The translations under genes were made by a program, and so were the position numbers. Of a DNA stretch of 64,000 bases, positions 22,365 to 36,050 are shown in pieces. Position 1 is the first letter of the stretch. The number at the start of each line of letters is the position of its first letter. Under the pieces are notes generated by a model that worked only from the letters and a program-made list of their open reading frames with translations, was not told where the DNA came from and did no database searches. The stretch covers positions 34,596,001 through 34,660,000 of the forward strand of contig CM069142.1 in NCBI GenBank assembly GCA_035221665.1, in the 5' to 3' direction. The stretch comes from Okamejei kenojei (Eukaryota).

Positions 22365-24165
22365 GACTTTAGCCTTTAGAGATAAAGTGTGGAAACAGGC
22401 CTGTCTATGCTGACCAGCGATCACCCCGTACACTAGCACTACCCTACACACAGGGGGCAATTTACAATTTTGCAGATGCAAATTAACCTACAAACCTGTA
22501 CATCTTTGGAGTGTGGGAGGAAACCGGGGCACCCAGAGAACACCCATGTGGTGACAGGGAGAACGTGCAAACTCTGTACTGACAGCACCCGCAGTGAAGT
22601 CACTGACGCTGTAAGGCAGCAACTCTACCTCAGCTGTGAGTCACAGCCAAAGTCCCTGCATCCTTTCAGACAATAGACAATAGTTGCAGGAGTAGGCCAT
22701 TCGGCCCTTCGAGCCAGCACCGCCATTCAATGTGATCATGGCTGATCATTATTTGTTGTTGGATAGATACAGCGCGGAAACGGGTCCTTCAGCCCACCGA
22801 GTCCAGGCCGACCATCGCTCACCCCATCACACTGGATCAATGTTATCCCAGTTGCTCCTCCACTCCCCGCACGCTAGGGGTAATTTACAGAGGGCTAATT
22901 AACCTACCAACCCGCACTTCTTTGGGATGTGTGAAGGGTACCGGAGCACCCGGAGGTAATCCTCGCGGTCACAGAGAGAATTTGCAAAGCACACAGATAG
23001 GTAGACAGGATCGACCCCGGGTATAGTTGAGTTTAGAGATACAGCACGGAACAGGCGCTTCAGCCCAACAGGTCTGTGCCGACCAGTGTTCCCTGTACCC
23101 TAGCACTATCCAACACACTATGGACAATTTACAATTTTTACCGGCTAATTAACCTACAAACTTGCAAGTTTTGGAGTGTGGGAGGAAACCAGAGCACCTG
23201 GAGAAAACCCACGCAGTCATGGGGAGAATGTACAAACTCCGTGCAGACGGCCCTCGTAGTGAGGATCGGACCCGGATCTCTGTCGTTTTGAGGCAGCAGC
23301 TCTACCCGCTGCGTCATGGGCCGTCCAGTGTAGCTGGTTATGTCTATGTTATTGGCTGTATCTGTTGTTAAACTGCAATGAAATATATATGATGGAGTTG
23401 GGGCTTTACAATGAATCTCAGACATGATACAGAATTCAGGCAGTCGGTGGCGATGGTACTGTGCATGGTTGGAGTCTGTAAGATGTGTTTGATGTTGTGT
23501 CAGTATTACCACAAAGCCATCTCTAATGTGAAAAGCATGTGAAGATTAAAAACAAAATCCTGTTTCATTTTCCTGACTGCAAATAGTGATGGACAGATGT
23601 ACATTAGTACTTTGTTCTTGAGCAGAGTCGATGTTTGTACACTCGCAGCTACATGTTTACAGTGGGACAAATAATGTAAGACTCTTCCAGATGGGATGGA
23701 TTGCCGTTTCCATTCTAGGGTACAAGCTTCATGTTTTGAGAGAATTCTCTCCAGCTTATCCTTTGGAGTCTTTAAATATCAGTCCAAGAAGGTACAGTCA
23801 TAGAGCTGTACAGTACAGGACCATGCCCTTCGGCCCATAATGTCCATGCCGAGCATGATGCCAAGTTCAATATCTTATGTAGAGATACAGCGCGGAAACC
23901 GATCCCCTCGGCCCACTGGAACCGTGTTGACCAGCGATCCCCGCACACTGACATTATCCCACACACACTTGGGACAATTTACAATTTTACCGGAGCTAAT
24001 GAATCTACAAACCTGTATGTCTTTGGAGTGTGGGAGGAAACCAGGGCACCTGGAGAAAACTCACATGGTCATGGGGAGAACGTAAAACTCCTGTCCAGAC
24101 AGCAGCCACAGTCGGGATCGAACCCGGGTCTCTTGCGCTGTAAGGTAGCACCTCTACCGCTGTGT
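22365..24165 (-). mobile_element. Cluster of HE1-like V-SINEs (about 22365-22630, 22762-23020, 23025-23315, 23880-24165)
   Basis: Four reverse-orientation copies of the SINE consensus (gagatacagcgcggaaac..aattaacctac..gggaggaaacc..ggatcgaacccgg). Confidence 0.8.
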
Positions 24166-25852
24166 TGTATCCCTGAAATATAAAGTAAAGTCTAAAGATT
24201 ACATGTCCTACGTTATTCTTTTTCCACTGGTCATAGAGTCAAAGATGTGTACCATCGGTCCATCTTGTCCATGCCGATCAAGTTGGCATTTAGCCCCATA
24301 TCCCAATAAACCTCGTTGTAACTATATCTCTGTCCAATTGTCTTTTAAAAGTCGTAATTATGTCCGCTTCTATAGCTTCCTCTGGCAGCTCATTCTGACA
24401 GACTACCCTCTGAATGAAAAAGTTGCCCCATATGCTCCCACCTAAATATTTTTCCATTTTGTTGAATTGGAACTTTCACCTTAAGCCTCTACCCTCTAGT
24501 TTTAGAATCTTCTGCCATGGGGGAAAGAGGCAGTGAGCATTCACTTAATCCATGCCCCTCATGATCTTGTACACCCCAATAAGTTCACTCCTCCGCCTCC
24601 TCTGCTCTAAAGAAAAATATCCCAACCTGTCTAACCTTTCTCTATAATTCAATCACAATCCAGATTTGGTTTAATTTAGATCAGATACAGCATGGAAACA
24701 GGCCCTTCGACCCACCAAGTCTATGGCAACCATCGATCACCCGTTCACACCAACTAGTTCCACGTTATCCCATCATTTTCTCATTAATCCCTACACATTA
24801 GGGGCAATTTACAGGGGTCAATTAAACTACACATTGCACATGAACCTGGTGGTCATGGTTTTCTGACTTTCTGCACCCTTTTCCCAATGATGGGAGAGAA
24901 AAGAGAGCACGGCCAGGGTGGTCAAGGTCTTTGATGATGCTTGCCTGTCGATCCCTTTGATGGTAGGGAAGTCAGTACCCATGATAGACCGGGCAGTTGA
25001 CCACTCTCCATAATCTGCTTCATTCCTGAGGGTTCAAGTTGCCGAACCAGGCCGTGATGCAGTCTGTGTAGGAAGAGACTGCAGATGCTGGTTTACACTG
25101 AAGATAGACAAAAAGCTGGAGTAACTCAGCCGATCAGGCAGCATCTCTGGAGAAAAGAAATAGGTGACGTTTTAAATCAAGACTGTTCTTCTGAATGAGA
25201 CTCGGGGGGGGGGGAGAGAGAGGGAATCCAGAGATATGAAAAGGTACATGGAACAAATTAATGAAAGATAATGCAAAAAGACAGATCAAGGCCAGCAATG
25301 ATGATCAAGGAAAGGTGGAACCCTCAATGGTCCATTGTTGGCAGTGGGGAAGGCGAGAATGAGTATTACAGTGTCGGTGCAGTCTATTGTAAATCCTCCT
25401 GGCAATCTGTTTCTGACCAATATTTATGAGGCAGCCTACCAACTGGGTCTCCTCGCACAAGGTGTAGATGCAGATTGCCTTCAGTCGACGTGCAGCATTT
25501 ATGCGTGTGGCACGCCAGGCTTATCCAAATCCACCCACAAATTCATTCTCAATTCAGAATTTTAGCTTTCCACTAATACCTCTGGCTTCTATTGTACAGA
25601 GAAGCCTCTTATTTAATACCTCAGCAAAAGCCTTCTGAAAGCTGCATTTGGATATGGGATAACTGCACAAAATGCAAAAGTCGGTCGCTACATTTATGTT
25701 GGTACTGTATTCATAAATTGAATTTCCATTTCTGCATTTTGCTACTATTGTTAGTTTATATGCCCCCCTATGCTTGTCATTTATTTGATAATCTTTCATG
25801 CTATTTGTAACAATGTATATGATATTGCCATGATATAGCAACTTTCAATATT

Positions 25853-26137
25853 TTGTTTAGAGATACAGCGCAGAAACAGGCCCTTCAGCCCACCGAGTCT
25901 GTGCCAACCAGTGATCTCCGCACATTAACACGACCCTACGCACACTAGGGGCAATGTACTTATAACAAGCCAATTTTACCTACAAATCTGTACATCTTTG
26001 GAGTGTGGGAGGAAACCGAAGATCTCGGAGAAAACCCACGGGGAGAACGTACGCTCCGTACACACAGCAGCATCCGTAGTCGGGATCGAACCCGGGTCTC
26101 CGGCGCTGCAAGGCAGCAACTCCACCGCTGCGCCACC
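25853..26137 (-). mobile_element. HE1-like V-SINE (near full length)
   Basis: Full head-to-tail match on the minus strand. Confidence 0.85.
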
Positions 26138-26249
26138 CTACTTATCAGTTTTAAAGCTTTTTATAAAGAAAACAGTGAGAATATTTCCCAACCAAGATGT
26201 TTTTATCTGATATACATCCTTGTTATCTTTAAACTCATCATGTCATGGC

Positions 26250-26970
26250 AATAGACAATAGGTGCAGGAGTAGGCCATTCGGCCCTTCGAGCCAGCACCG
26301 CCATTCAATGTGATCATGGCTGATCATCCCCAATCAGTACCCCGTTCCTGCCTTCTCCCCATATCCCCTGACTCCGCTATTTTTAAGAGCCCTATCTAGC
26401 TCTCTCTTGAAAGCATCCAGAGAACCTGCCTCCACCGCCCTCTGAGGCAGAGAATTCCACAGACTCGCCACTCTCTGTGAGAAAAAGTGTTTCCTCGTCT
26501 CCGTTTTAAAAGGCTTACTCCTTATTCTTAATCTGTGGCCCCGGGTTCTGGACTCCCCCAACATCTGGAACATGTTTCCTCCCTCTAGCGCAGGGGTTCT
26601 CAACCAGGGGGGAATTCCCCCCGGGGGGGAATTTCAGGTTTTCAGGGGGGGAATTGGGACCACAGATTAGCAAACTCAAACTGTTAGAAATAAAGGATTT
26701 TCAGTATTATTTGCATATTATTTGGAATGAACTTTTTGAGGCAGACAATCTTGGAAAGGGGGGGATGACATTCTGACATATGGTGAAAGGGGTGCATGGG
26801 GCAAACAAGGTTGAGAACCACTGCTCTCGCGTGTCCAAACACTTAACAATCTTATATGTTTCAATGAGATCCCCTCTAATCCTTCTAAAATCCAGAGTGT
26901 ACAAGCCCAGCTGCTCCATTCTCTCAGCATATGACAGTCCCGCCATCCCGGGAACTAACCTTGTAAACCT
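26250..26970 (-). mobile_element. CR1 LINE 3' fragment interrupted by a hAT MITE
   Basis: RFTRLVPGMAGLSYAERM..RGDLIETYKI and SRTRGHRLRI peptides. Confidence 0.85.
26591..26823. mobile_element. hAT-Charlie-like MITE
   Basis: TIRs caggggttctcaacc and ggttgagaaccactg; 8-bp TSD ctctagcg / ctctcgcg. Confidence 0.85.
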
Positions 26971-27699
26971 AGAGCCATACAGTGAGGAATCAGGCCCTTC
27001 GGCCCAACTTGCCCACACTGACCAACATGTCCCATCTACACTGGTGCCACCTGCCTGCATTTGGTCCATATACCTCTAATCCTGTCCTATCCATGTACCT
27101 GTCTAAATGTTTAGTTTAGAGACACAGCGGGGAACCGGCCCTTCGGCCCACCGGGTCCGTGCCGACCTGCCATCCACACACATTAACACCATCCTACACA
27201 CACCAGGGACTATTTACTTTTATACCAAGCCAATTAACCTACAAACCTGCACGCCTTTGGAGTGTGGGAGGAAGCCGACGATCTCGGAGAAAACCCACGC
27301 AGGCCATGGGAAGAAAGTACAAACTCCGTACAGACAGCACCAGCAGCCGGGTGCTTCCGACTTTCGGGTGCAATGTTTCTTAAACGTTGCGATAATACCT
27401 GCCTCAACTATATTCTGCACTCTGTGTTTTCCCCTTTGCTCTACCTATTATACTAAGTTTGACTTTGTTGTGTTTTGTTCTATTATCTGATCTGATTGGA
27501 TAGCATCCAAATCAAAGCTTTTCACTGTACCTTGGTACACATGACAATAATAAACAAGAACCTAAACAAATTTGTACGAAGGAACAGCAGATATTCTTTT
27601 TTCATACGTATAGTCTCTTCGCTGATTGGATAGCACGCAGCAATAAAAGCTTTTCACTGTACCTCGCTACACATGACAATAATAAACTAACTAAAGTAT

Positions 27700-28154
27700 A
27701 GTTTTAAAATGTTATAAGTTGCCTCCACTCTATATTTAAGCAGTCAGAATTAATTGGCATTTCGCACTGGGGGGGGGGGGGAGGGAAAAGCGGGTAATCG
27801 CGGGCCTGAGAGTCGCAGCGCCCCCACACACAGTGCGCTGGGGACGGGCCTGGTATTCACGCTGCCTTTGTGCTGCTCGCTCTCCCTGCTCCTGCAACAT
27901 GAAGCTCCCGCCATGTTGGGTAACTGGCGGAAGTGGGGGGAGGGGTGGGGGATGCAACGGGAGCCTTGGTCCGCTATAACCAAAATCCGTTATATAGGTT
28001 ATATCCATTTGTGGGTTTACAGAATCTGAAGAAGGGACTCGACCTGAAACGTCACCTATTCCTTTTCTCCTGAGATGCTGCCAGACCTACTGAGTTACTC
28101 CAGCGTTTTGTGTCTATCAGTTATAGAGCGGTCCGTTATTGCAAGGATTTACTG
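27700..28154. mobile_element. Tigger/pogo-like MITE fragment with a nested Penelope pLTR piece (~28022-28117)
   Basis: Right end ..ccgttattgcaaggatttactg|ta with repeated ccgttata motifs. Left TIR not found. Confidence 0.45.
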
Positions 28155-28584
28155 TATTGGATGAACCACTTTGGTGATGTACACCCAGAGAGAGATTGAA
28201 GAGCATTAATGGGTTTTTTATTAGCTGACATCCGCATAAGGCAGGACTGACTATTTCCTGTAAATTGCCCTCCGTCTGAGACAGCTGTCTGGTCCCACTG
28301 TCTATACAATTCCGTATGCTGGAGTAATGTCTTCTTTTGATGAATCGATTGTCATAATGACAGTAAGTTGCTGCTCCAACAATAACTTTTTTTTTCCCCA
28401 GACAGACTTGCAAAGATAACACTACAATGAATGCTGTTACACAAAATTCTTTCTCATTCTGGTAAACATTGCTGGAGGCTGGGTAAATTCCACACAATAC
28501 TACGTCACAAGTGTTAGTTTTAGATTGTGCTCTTTGCGTAAGGACTATCGGCATCTGTTACCAGAGTAGATGGGTGTACAACAG

Positions 28585-28920
28585 CGACACAATGGAGCAG
28601 CAGGTAAAGCCACTGCCTCATGGCACCAGAGACCCGGGTTTGATCCTGTCGGTGTGTGTGGAGTTTGCATGTTCTCCCAGTGACCACATAGATTTACTCC
28701 TGATGCTCCACTTTCCTCCCACCTCCCCAAAACGTGCAGGTTTGTAGGTTAATTGGCGTCTGCAAAATTGTCCCCAGTGTGTAGGGAGTTGGATGAGAAA
28801 GTGGGGTAAAATAGAACTGCAAGTAAAAATGCAATTGCTTTGTTTCGGTGCATATTGACTCTTGAACAGGTGATCGCTGGCCAGTGTGGGGTCCGTTTAC
28901 TTGCTGCATCTCCAAACTAA
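28585..28920 (+). mobile_element. HE1-like V-SINE
   Basis: Head, V-domain and tail present. Confidence 0.75.
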
Positions 28921-29144
28921 ATATCACTCTCTGAATCGGAAGTATTGAAGGAAAGTCCAAAAACTGAAGAAAAGTCCACTCCCTTTGTTTTAAGGTGAGG
29001 AGGGCAAGATTTAATAGGAAACTGAGGGGAACTTTGATTAGTACAGGTGGCAGGAATTATGGGGAGAAGGCAGGAGAATGGGGTTGACAGGGAAGGATCG
29101 ATCAGCCATGATTGAATGGTGAAATAGATTTGATGGGCTGAATG

Positions 29145-30252
29145 TGTGTTGACATGGATAGAAAATTAGTTGGCAGACCGGAAGCAAAGAGTAGGAATGA
29201 ACGGGTCATTTTCAGAATGGCAGGCAGTGGCGAGTGGAGCGCCGCAAGGCTCGGTGTTGGGGCCGCAATTGTTTACCATATATATAAATGATTTGGAGAG
29301 GGAATTAGGAGCAACACTAGCAAGTGTGCGGATGACACAAAGCTGGGTGGCAGTGTGAACTGTGAAGAGGATGTTAGGAGGTTGCAGGGGGACCTGGACA
29401 GGTTGAGTGAGTGGGCAGATGTGTGGCAGATGCAGTATGATATAGATAAATGTGAGGTTATCCACTTTGGTGGCAAAAACAAGGGGCAGATTATTATCTC
29501 AATGGGTTAGGTTAGGTAAGGGGGAGGTACAGCGAGACCTAGGTGTCCTTGTACACCGGTCACTGAAAGTTGGCGTGCAGGTACAGCAGGCAGTGAGGAA
29601 AGCTAATGGAATGTTGGCCTTCATAACAAGAGGATTTCAGTATAGGAGTAAAGAGGTTCTTCTGCAGATGTATAGGGCTCTGGTGAGACCACTTCTGGAG
29701 TATTGTGTATAGTTTTGGTCTCCTAATTTGAGGAAGGACATCCTTGTGATTGAGGCAGTGCAGCTTAGGTTCACAAGATTGATCCCTGGGATGGCGGGAC
29801 TGTCATATGAGGAAAGATTGAAAAGACTAGGCTTGTATTCACTGGAGTTTAGAAGGATAAGGGGGATCTTATGGAAACATAAAATTATAAAAGGACTGGA
29901 CAAGCTAAATGCAGGAAAAATGTTCCCAATGTTGGGTGAGTCCAGAACCAGGGGCCACAGTCTTAGAATAAAGGGGAGGTCATTTAAGACTCTGAGAAAA
30001 AAACTTTTTTACCCAGAGAGTTGTGAATTTATGGAATTCCCTGCCACAGAGGGCAGTGGAGGCCAAATCACTGGATGGATTTAAGAGAAAGTTGGATACA
30101 ACTCTAGGGGCTAGTGGAGTCAAGGGATATGGGGAGAAGGCAGGCGCGTGTTATTGATAGCGGACGATCAGCCATGATCATATTGAATGGCGGTGCTGGC
30201 TCGAAGGGCCAAATGGCCTCCTCCAGCACCTATTTTCTATGTCTATGTCTAT
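29145..30252 (+). mobile_element. CR1 LINE, RT domain to 3' tail (frameshifted)
   Basis: RKQRVGMNGSFSEWQAVASGAPQGSVLGPQLFTIYINDL; RDLGVLV; YRALVRPLLEYCV; (ctatgt)n tail. Confidence 0.9.
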
Positions 30253-30526
30253 GAATGGCCTAATTCTGCTCCTAGAACCTCTGAACTTTTTCATTGGTGG
30301 TGGGTATATGGATCGAACTGCCGGAGGAGGTAGCTGATGCAGGTACATTAATAGCATTAGAAAGACATTTGGACTGATACATGTAGAGGATAGGTTTAGA
30401 AGGATATCGGCCAAACCTGGGTAGTTGGGACCAGTGTAGACAGGGTATGTTGGTCAGTGTGGGCAGGATGGGCTGAGGGGCCTGTTTCCATGCTGTATGA
30501 CTCAGTAAACAGTGAGCAACATTTTA

Positions 30527-32810
30527 AGTAAGTAAGTTTATTGGCCAAGTATTCACATACAAGGAATTTGCATTGGTGCTCGGCCCACAAGTAACAACAT
30601 GACATACAGTGACAGTTACGAATGACTCAAAACACTAAACATTAATAATAATAAGACTAATGATAAAACACCATTGATCAAGCCTGTGAACCAACAAAAT
30701 ACCAGATCAAAGGAAGGCTACAGATTTTTGGCTGTTGAGTAGAGCAACTACTCGTGGACAAAAACTGTTTTTATGTCTCGCAGCTTTGACAGTCCGGAGT
30801 CGCCTTCCAGAGGGAAGTGATTCAAAGAGTTTGTGGCCAGGGTGAGAGGGGTCAGAGATGATCTTGCCCGCTCGCTTCCTGGCCCTTGCAGTGTACAGTT
30901 CATCAATGGAGGGAAGGTTGCAGCCAATAATCCTCTCTGCTGATCGGACGAATCGCTGCAGCCTTCAGGTGTCGTGCTTGGCGGCTGAGCCAAACCAGAC
31001 CATGATGGAGAAGGTGAGAACAGACTCTACGATGGCCGTGTAGAATTGGACCATCATTGCCTGTGGCAGATTGTTCTTCCTCAACTGCCGCAGGAAGTAC
31101 ATCATCTGTTGTGCCTTTTTGACTGTGGAGTCGATGGTAGCCCCCCACTTAAGCGGAGGTGTTCGGCGAAACGATCGCCAAGCCTCCGCTTGGTCTCACC
31201 GATATAGACCAGCTGGAATCTGGAGCAGCGTTCACCTCCGCTCGGTCCGCAATAACCAACCCGACCTCCCGGTGGCTCAGCACTTCAACTCCCCCTCCCA
31301 TTCCGTAGCCGACCTCTCGGTCCTGGGCCTCCTCCACGGCCAGAGTGAGCAACACCGCATGTTGGAGGAACAGCACCTCATATTCCACTTGGGGAGTCTG
31401 CATCCTCTGGGCTTGAACATTGAATTTTCTCAATTCTGTTAACCCTTGCTGTCTCCTCCCCTTCCCACCTCTCCCTCGGGCCCTGCATTCCCTCTATCTC
31501 TATCTCCCTCCCCCACCCAAGTCGCACTAGCTTCTCATTTTCACACTACAAACAGCTTACAATGGCCTGTTTCCTTTATCATCGATACTTTTTTGCATAT
31601 CTTTCATTCATTGTTCTTTATCTCTCCACATCACCGTCTATATTTCTTGTTTCCCTGATCCCTAACCAGTCTGAAGAAGGGTCTCGATCCAAAACGTCGC
31701 CTATCTCCTTCGCTCCTTAGATGTTGCTGCACCCGCTGAGTTTCTCCAGCCTTTTGTGTACCTTGGAGTGTAGTAGCTCTGGCACAATGGTGTTGAATGC
31801 AGAGCTAAAATCAACAAACAGGATCCTCGCATAGGTCCCCTGGTGGTCTCGGTGCTGTAGGATGAAGTGCAGGCCCAGGTTGACTGCACCATTCACAGAT
31901 CTATTGGCCCGATATGCAAACTGCAGAGGGTCCAGCAGGGAGTTTGTGATATTTTTCAGCTGCGCCAGCATGACTACAGAGGTCTGTGCGACAGGCCTGT
32001 AGTCATTAAGACAAGTAATCCTTGCCTTTTTGGGTACAGGGACAATAGTGCAGACTTTGAAGCAGGCAGGGACAGTACATGTTTGCAGGGACTGGTTAAA
32101 AATGTCTGTATAGACCGGTGCCAGCTGTTTGGCACAGAACTTAAGTGTAGAGGGGGAAACATTGTCAGGTCCTGGAGATTTCCGGCTCTTTTGTCCTCTG
32201 AAAAGCCTCTCCACCTCCTCTATTTTTATTGTTGTTATTGGATAAGTGATGTTGTGCAGCACAGAGGGTGTGGATGATTGGGTGTGAAATGTTGATTGGA
32301 GAGGGGGTGGGTGTAGAAAGGTCCAGTCTTTGCAGACTGAGGTCAGGCTGTGAGTGGGTGTGAAGTGTCGGTTGGGGTGGGAAACGGTCCAGTCTTTTCA
32401 TACTGGAGTCTTGCCTTAAGTAGGTGAAGTGGTGAATGGGAAGGAGAGGGTGCAGGGTCCATTCTTTGTAGACTGGGGTCTGGCTGTGTTGGTTGGGGAA
32501 GGGGGGGAAGGGGGTTAAGGGGTACCAGGGTTACGTTTCTGAATTTCAAACCTGCAGTAAAACTCATTCAGGTCGTTGGTCAGCTGACGATTGTCCAAAG
32601 AGCGGGGGGCTTTCCTCTTGTAGCTGGTAATTTCTTGCAAGCCCTTCCAAACTGAACAAGAGTCGCTAGCTGAGAGCTTGCTCCTCAACTTCTCAGAGTA
32701 CCTTTCCTTGGCAGCTCTGATTCCTCTTCTCAGCTTGTAGAGGCCTGCATCCCTGCTCCTGTAGGCCTCCTCTTTAGACCGTCGCTGTCTGAGTTCTGCA
32801 GTGAACCAGA
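30527..32810 (-). mobile_element. Rex1/Babar LINE (RT region, internally deleted, interrupted by a Penelope piece)
   Basis: KSPGPDNVSPSTLKFCAKQLAPVYTDIFNQSL..DYRPVA..DPLQFAYR..LFVDFSSAFNTI; 3'UTR and gtaa tail near 30527. Confidence 0.88.
31149..31762 (+). mobile_element. Penelope-like 3' fragment (GIY-YIG C-terminus plus pLTR) with a short 5' inversion
   Basis: HLRSVRNNQPDLPVAQHFNSPSHS..EEQHLIFHLGSLHPLGLNIEF followed by the same pLTR as 8315-8544. About 31151-31229 is inverted. Confidence 0.85.
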
Positions 32811-33129
32811 CAATGTTTACAACTCAACACCAACAGGACAAACTCTGATTGCGATGCGGCCTGTTGGCATTGACTGTCAAGTGTCATGCTCGGCATTGGA
32901 AAGCAGCCAACAGCTTAATCACTGTGTAGGAAGGAACTGCAGATGCTGGTTTACATTGAAGATGGACACAAAATGCTGGAGTAACTCAGCGGGTCAGGCA
33001 GCATCTCTGGAGAAAAGGAATAGGTGATTTTGGGTCGAGACCCTTCCTCAGACTGAGAGTCGGGGAGAGGGGAAGCTAGAAATATGAAGAGGTACAACCG
33101 TTTTGGCTCATGAACCTTCCTCTGAGACC

Positions 33130-33932
33130 ACTGTAGGCCGAAGGTCTTGTTTCTGCTATTTTTGTTATTTTTAGTGCGTCTAAATGTTTCTCGGTATGTC
33201 TGATGTGGGGTATTGGGGGGGGGGGGGGGGGGAAATATAGGGGGAAACTGTAGTCACTTACCTTGACGGAGATGCGACCTTATCCTTGTTGCATCTCCAC
33301 CACCCCCCCTCACGGCCTAACACCTGGTTTGGTGCGGCCTCTCCAGACCAGAGACCGGCCCAGAACTTCGGCAGCAGGCGCGGCGTGAACTTACCATCGC
33401 GGAGCCTGTGATCCTTTGCCAAGGGCCGCCAGTGTTGGAGCTCCGACCGCGGGGGCCTGCTGACTGCAGCAGTCTTCGGAGCTTCTAGCCGCGGCTGCGG
33501 GCGCGGATTTACCATCGCAGAGCCTGGGATCCCTTGCCGGGGATCGCCAGACGAAGTGCTCCGACCGCTGGCCCGTGGCCTTTAACATCATGAAGCTGCG
33601 GTCTCCGGTAAGAAGCGGAACTCCAAGCCGCGGAGTGTGTTCTGATCCGTCCCGACGTCGGAGTTCCGATCGTCCCGACAAGAGGGCTTGTACATCGGGC
33701 CGTCCGTAATGGCGACTGCGGAGGGTCAAGACCCGACCACGGGTGAACAAAGGGGGAAAATTGACTGAATTTATCGCCTTCCATCACAGTGAGGAATGTT
33801 GATTCCACGGCGATGGATGTTTATGTTAAACTCTATCGTGTATTGTGTTCTTTTTACTTGTATGGCTGTGTGGTAACTCAAATATCACAGTACCTTAATT
33901 TGTGCATGTGACAATAAATGTGAACTTGAACT
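33130..33932 (+). mobile_element. GC-rich non-autonomous retroposon with a Rex1-type 3' tail (copy 1)
   Basis: Poly-G, gtcacttacc..ggagatg, repeated catcgcggagc..gatcctttgcc units, tail cacagtacc..catgtgacaataaa. Homologous to 38402-39222 and 39225-39947. Confidence 0.65.
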
Positions 33933-34217
33933 CTGTCTCTAAACTAAACTAACTGCTGTGAATTTGGTGTTTGAACCGATTTGGGTGGAAATTTCACAAA
34001 TTTCCAAGTTAAATCATGTTCTTCAAAGTGAAAGTTGGGTCGTTGCAGAAATGTCATCCTACTGACTGAAACTCGATCCCAGGCTCAGTTTAATTCAAAC
34101 CCATCTGTCCTTAAAGGCAGAAAGAGCCGAGATATTTCAGTCAGCGTTATTCTAATCCCAGCTGTGATGCACAATGCTGCAAGACATTGCTGATGAAGCA
34201 GATGTACCTTAACCATT

Positions 34218-34359
34218 GGGGGTACACAAAAAGCTGGAGAAACTCAGCGGGTGCAGCAGCATCTAAGGAGCGAAGGAGATAGGCGACGTTTCGGGTCGAG
34301 ACCCTTCTTCGTACCCTCGATTCTCCAGCATCTGCAGTTCCTTCTTTTAAAAAAAAATA
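34218..34359. mobile_element. Mini Penelope-derived insertion (inverted pLTR pieces) with a 14-bp TSD
   Basis: gtaccttaaccatt at 34204-34217 and 34360-34373. Confidence 0.8.
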
Positions 34360-35299
34360 GTACCTTAACCATTAACCTGTTTCGTTCACAGATACTGATT
34401 GAGTATTGTTTGACTTGCATGATTTTCTGCTTCTGTTTCAAGCTTACAATTTTTATTTTTGTTTAATGAAGAAAATGGAGAATAGATAGGGTGAATGCAG
34501 AGTCTATTACCCAGAGCAGGGGAAACGAGAACCAGAGGGCATAGGTTTAAGGTGAGAGGGGAAAGATTTTATAGGAACCCCAGGGGCAACTTTTTCCACA
34601 CAGAGTTGGGTTTATGGAATGAGCTGCCAGAGGAGGTGTTTGTGGCAGGTTCTATAACAACATTGAAAAGCTATTTGGATATGTACATGGGTAGGATGGG
34701 TCTAGAAGGATATCGGGCCAAAGGTAGGCAAGTGGAACTAGCGTAGATGGTCATCTTTGTCGGCATGGACCCATAAAACTCTACCTTTTCTCTTCAATTG
34801 CTGGTGAGTTTTTTAAATCGACATATGATAAAGTGACAACCAGGAACTGCAAATGCTGGTTTATACCAAAAAAAACACAATGCTGCAGTAACTTGGTGGG
34901 TCAGTCAGCATCTTTGGAGAACATGGACAGGTGATGTTTTGCATCGGGATCATTCTTCAGACTAACTGCAGGCGGGCAGGAAACAAAGCTAGAAAACATA
35001 AAGTTTAAAAAAAGTTAAAAGAAAAGTAAAAATGTCAAATGAGAAAGTAAAGTAGGTGCTAGTCCTTCTCTGGGCATAGGAGTCTTGGTTTTCCAATTAA
35101 AATGTGAAATTGGAACGGAGGCTCACACAAGGCGTTTGTAGGTTAATCGGCCACTGTAAAAATGGTCCCGAGTGTGTAGGATAGAACTAGTGTGAATGGG
35201 TGGCCGTTGGACGGGAGTAGACTCGGTGGCCAAAGGGGCTGTTTCCACATTGCATCTCTAAACTAAACTAAGAACTAAACAACAAGGTGGTGACCCTCA

Positions 35300-36050
35300 T
35301 AAGTTCAAGGAACAGAACTACGCCATTGACTCATCAAATCTACTCCGCCATTCAATCATGGCTGATCTATCTTTCCCTCTCAACCCCATTCTCCTGTCTT
35401 CTCCTCATAACCTCTGACACCCGTACTAATCAAGAAATTTATCAATCTCCACCTTAAAAATATGCATTGACTTGGCCTCCACAGCCATCTGAGGCAATAA
35501 ATTCCACAGATTCACCACCCTCTTGCTCCTTGTCTCCTTTCTAAAGGTACGTCCTTTCATTGTGAGACCATGGCCTATGGTCCTTGACTCTCCCACTAGT
35601 GGAAACACCCACTCCACGTCCACTCTATCCAGGCCCTCCACCATTCGGTAAGTTTCAATGAGGCCCCCCTCATCCTTTGTCCAGCGAGTACAGGCCCAGT
35701 GCCTTCAAATGCTTCTCATACATTAATCCAATCATTCCTGGGATCATTCAGGTAAACCCCTTCTTGTCCCTCTCCATCGCCAGCACATCCTTCCTCAGAT
35801 ACTGGACCCAAAACTGCTCACAATACTCCAAATGTGGTCTGACCAGTGCCTTTTAAAGCTTCAGCATTACATTCCCGTTTTTTTTTAGTATTTTAGCCCT
35901 CTTAAAATAAATGCAAATTGCATTTGCCTTCCATTCTTCAACTTGCAAGTTAACTTATTGGGAATCCTGCACTAGCACTCCTAGGTCCCTGTGCACCTCG
36001 GATTCCTGAATTATCTCCCCATTTAGAAAATAGTCTATGCCTTTATTCCT
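35300..36050 (-). mobile_element. CR1 LINE 3' fragment
   Basis: GLDRVDVEWVFPLVGESRTIGHGL peptide and upstream ORF2 remnants. Confidence 0.8.
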
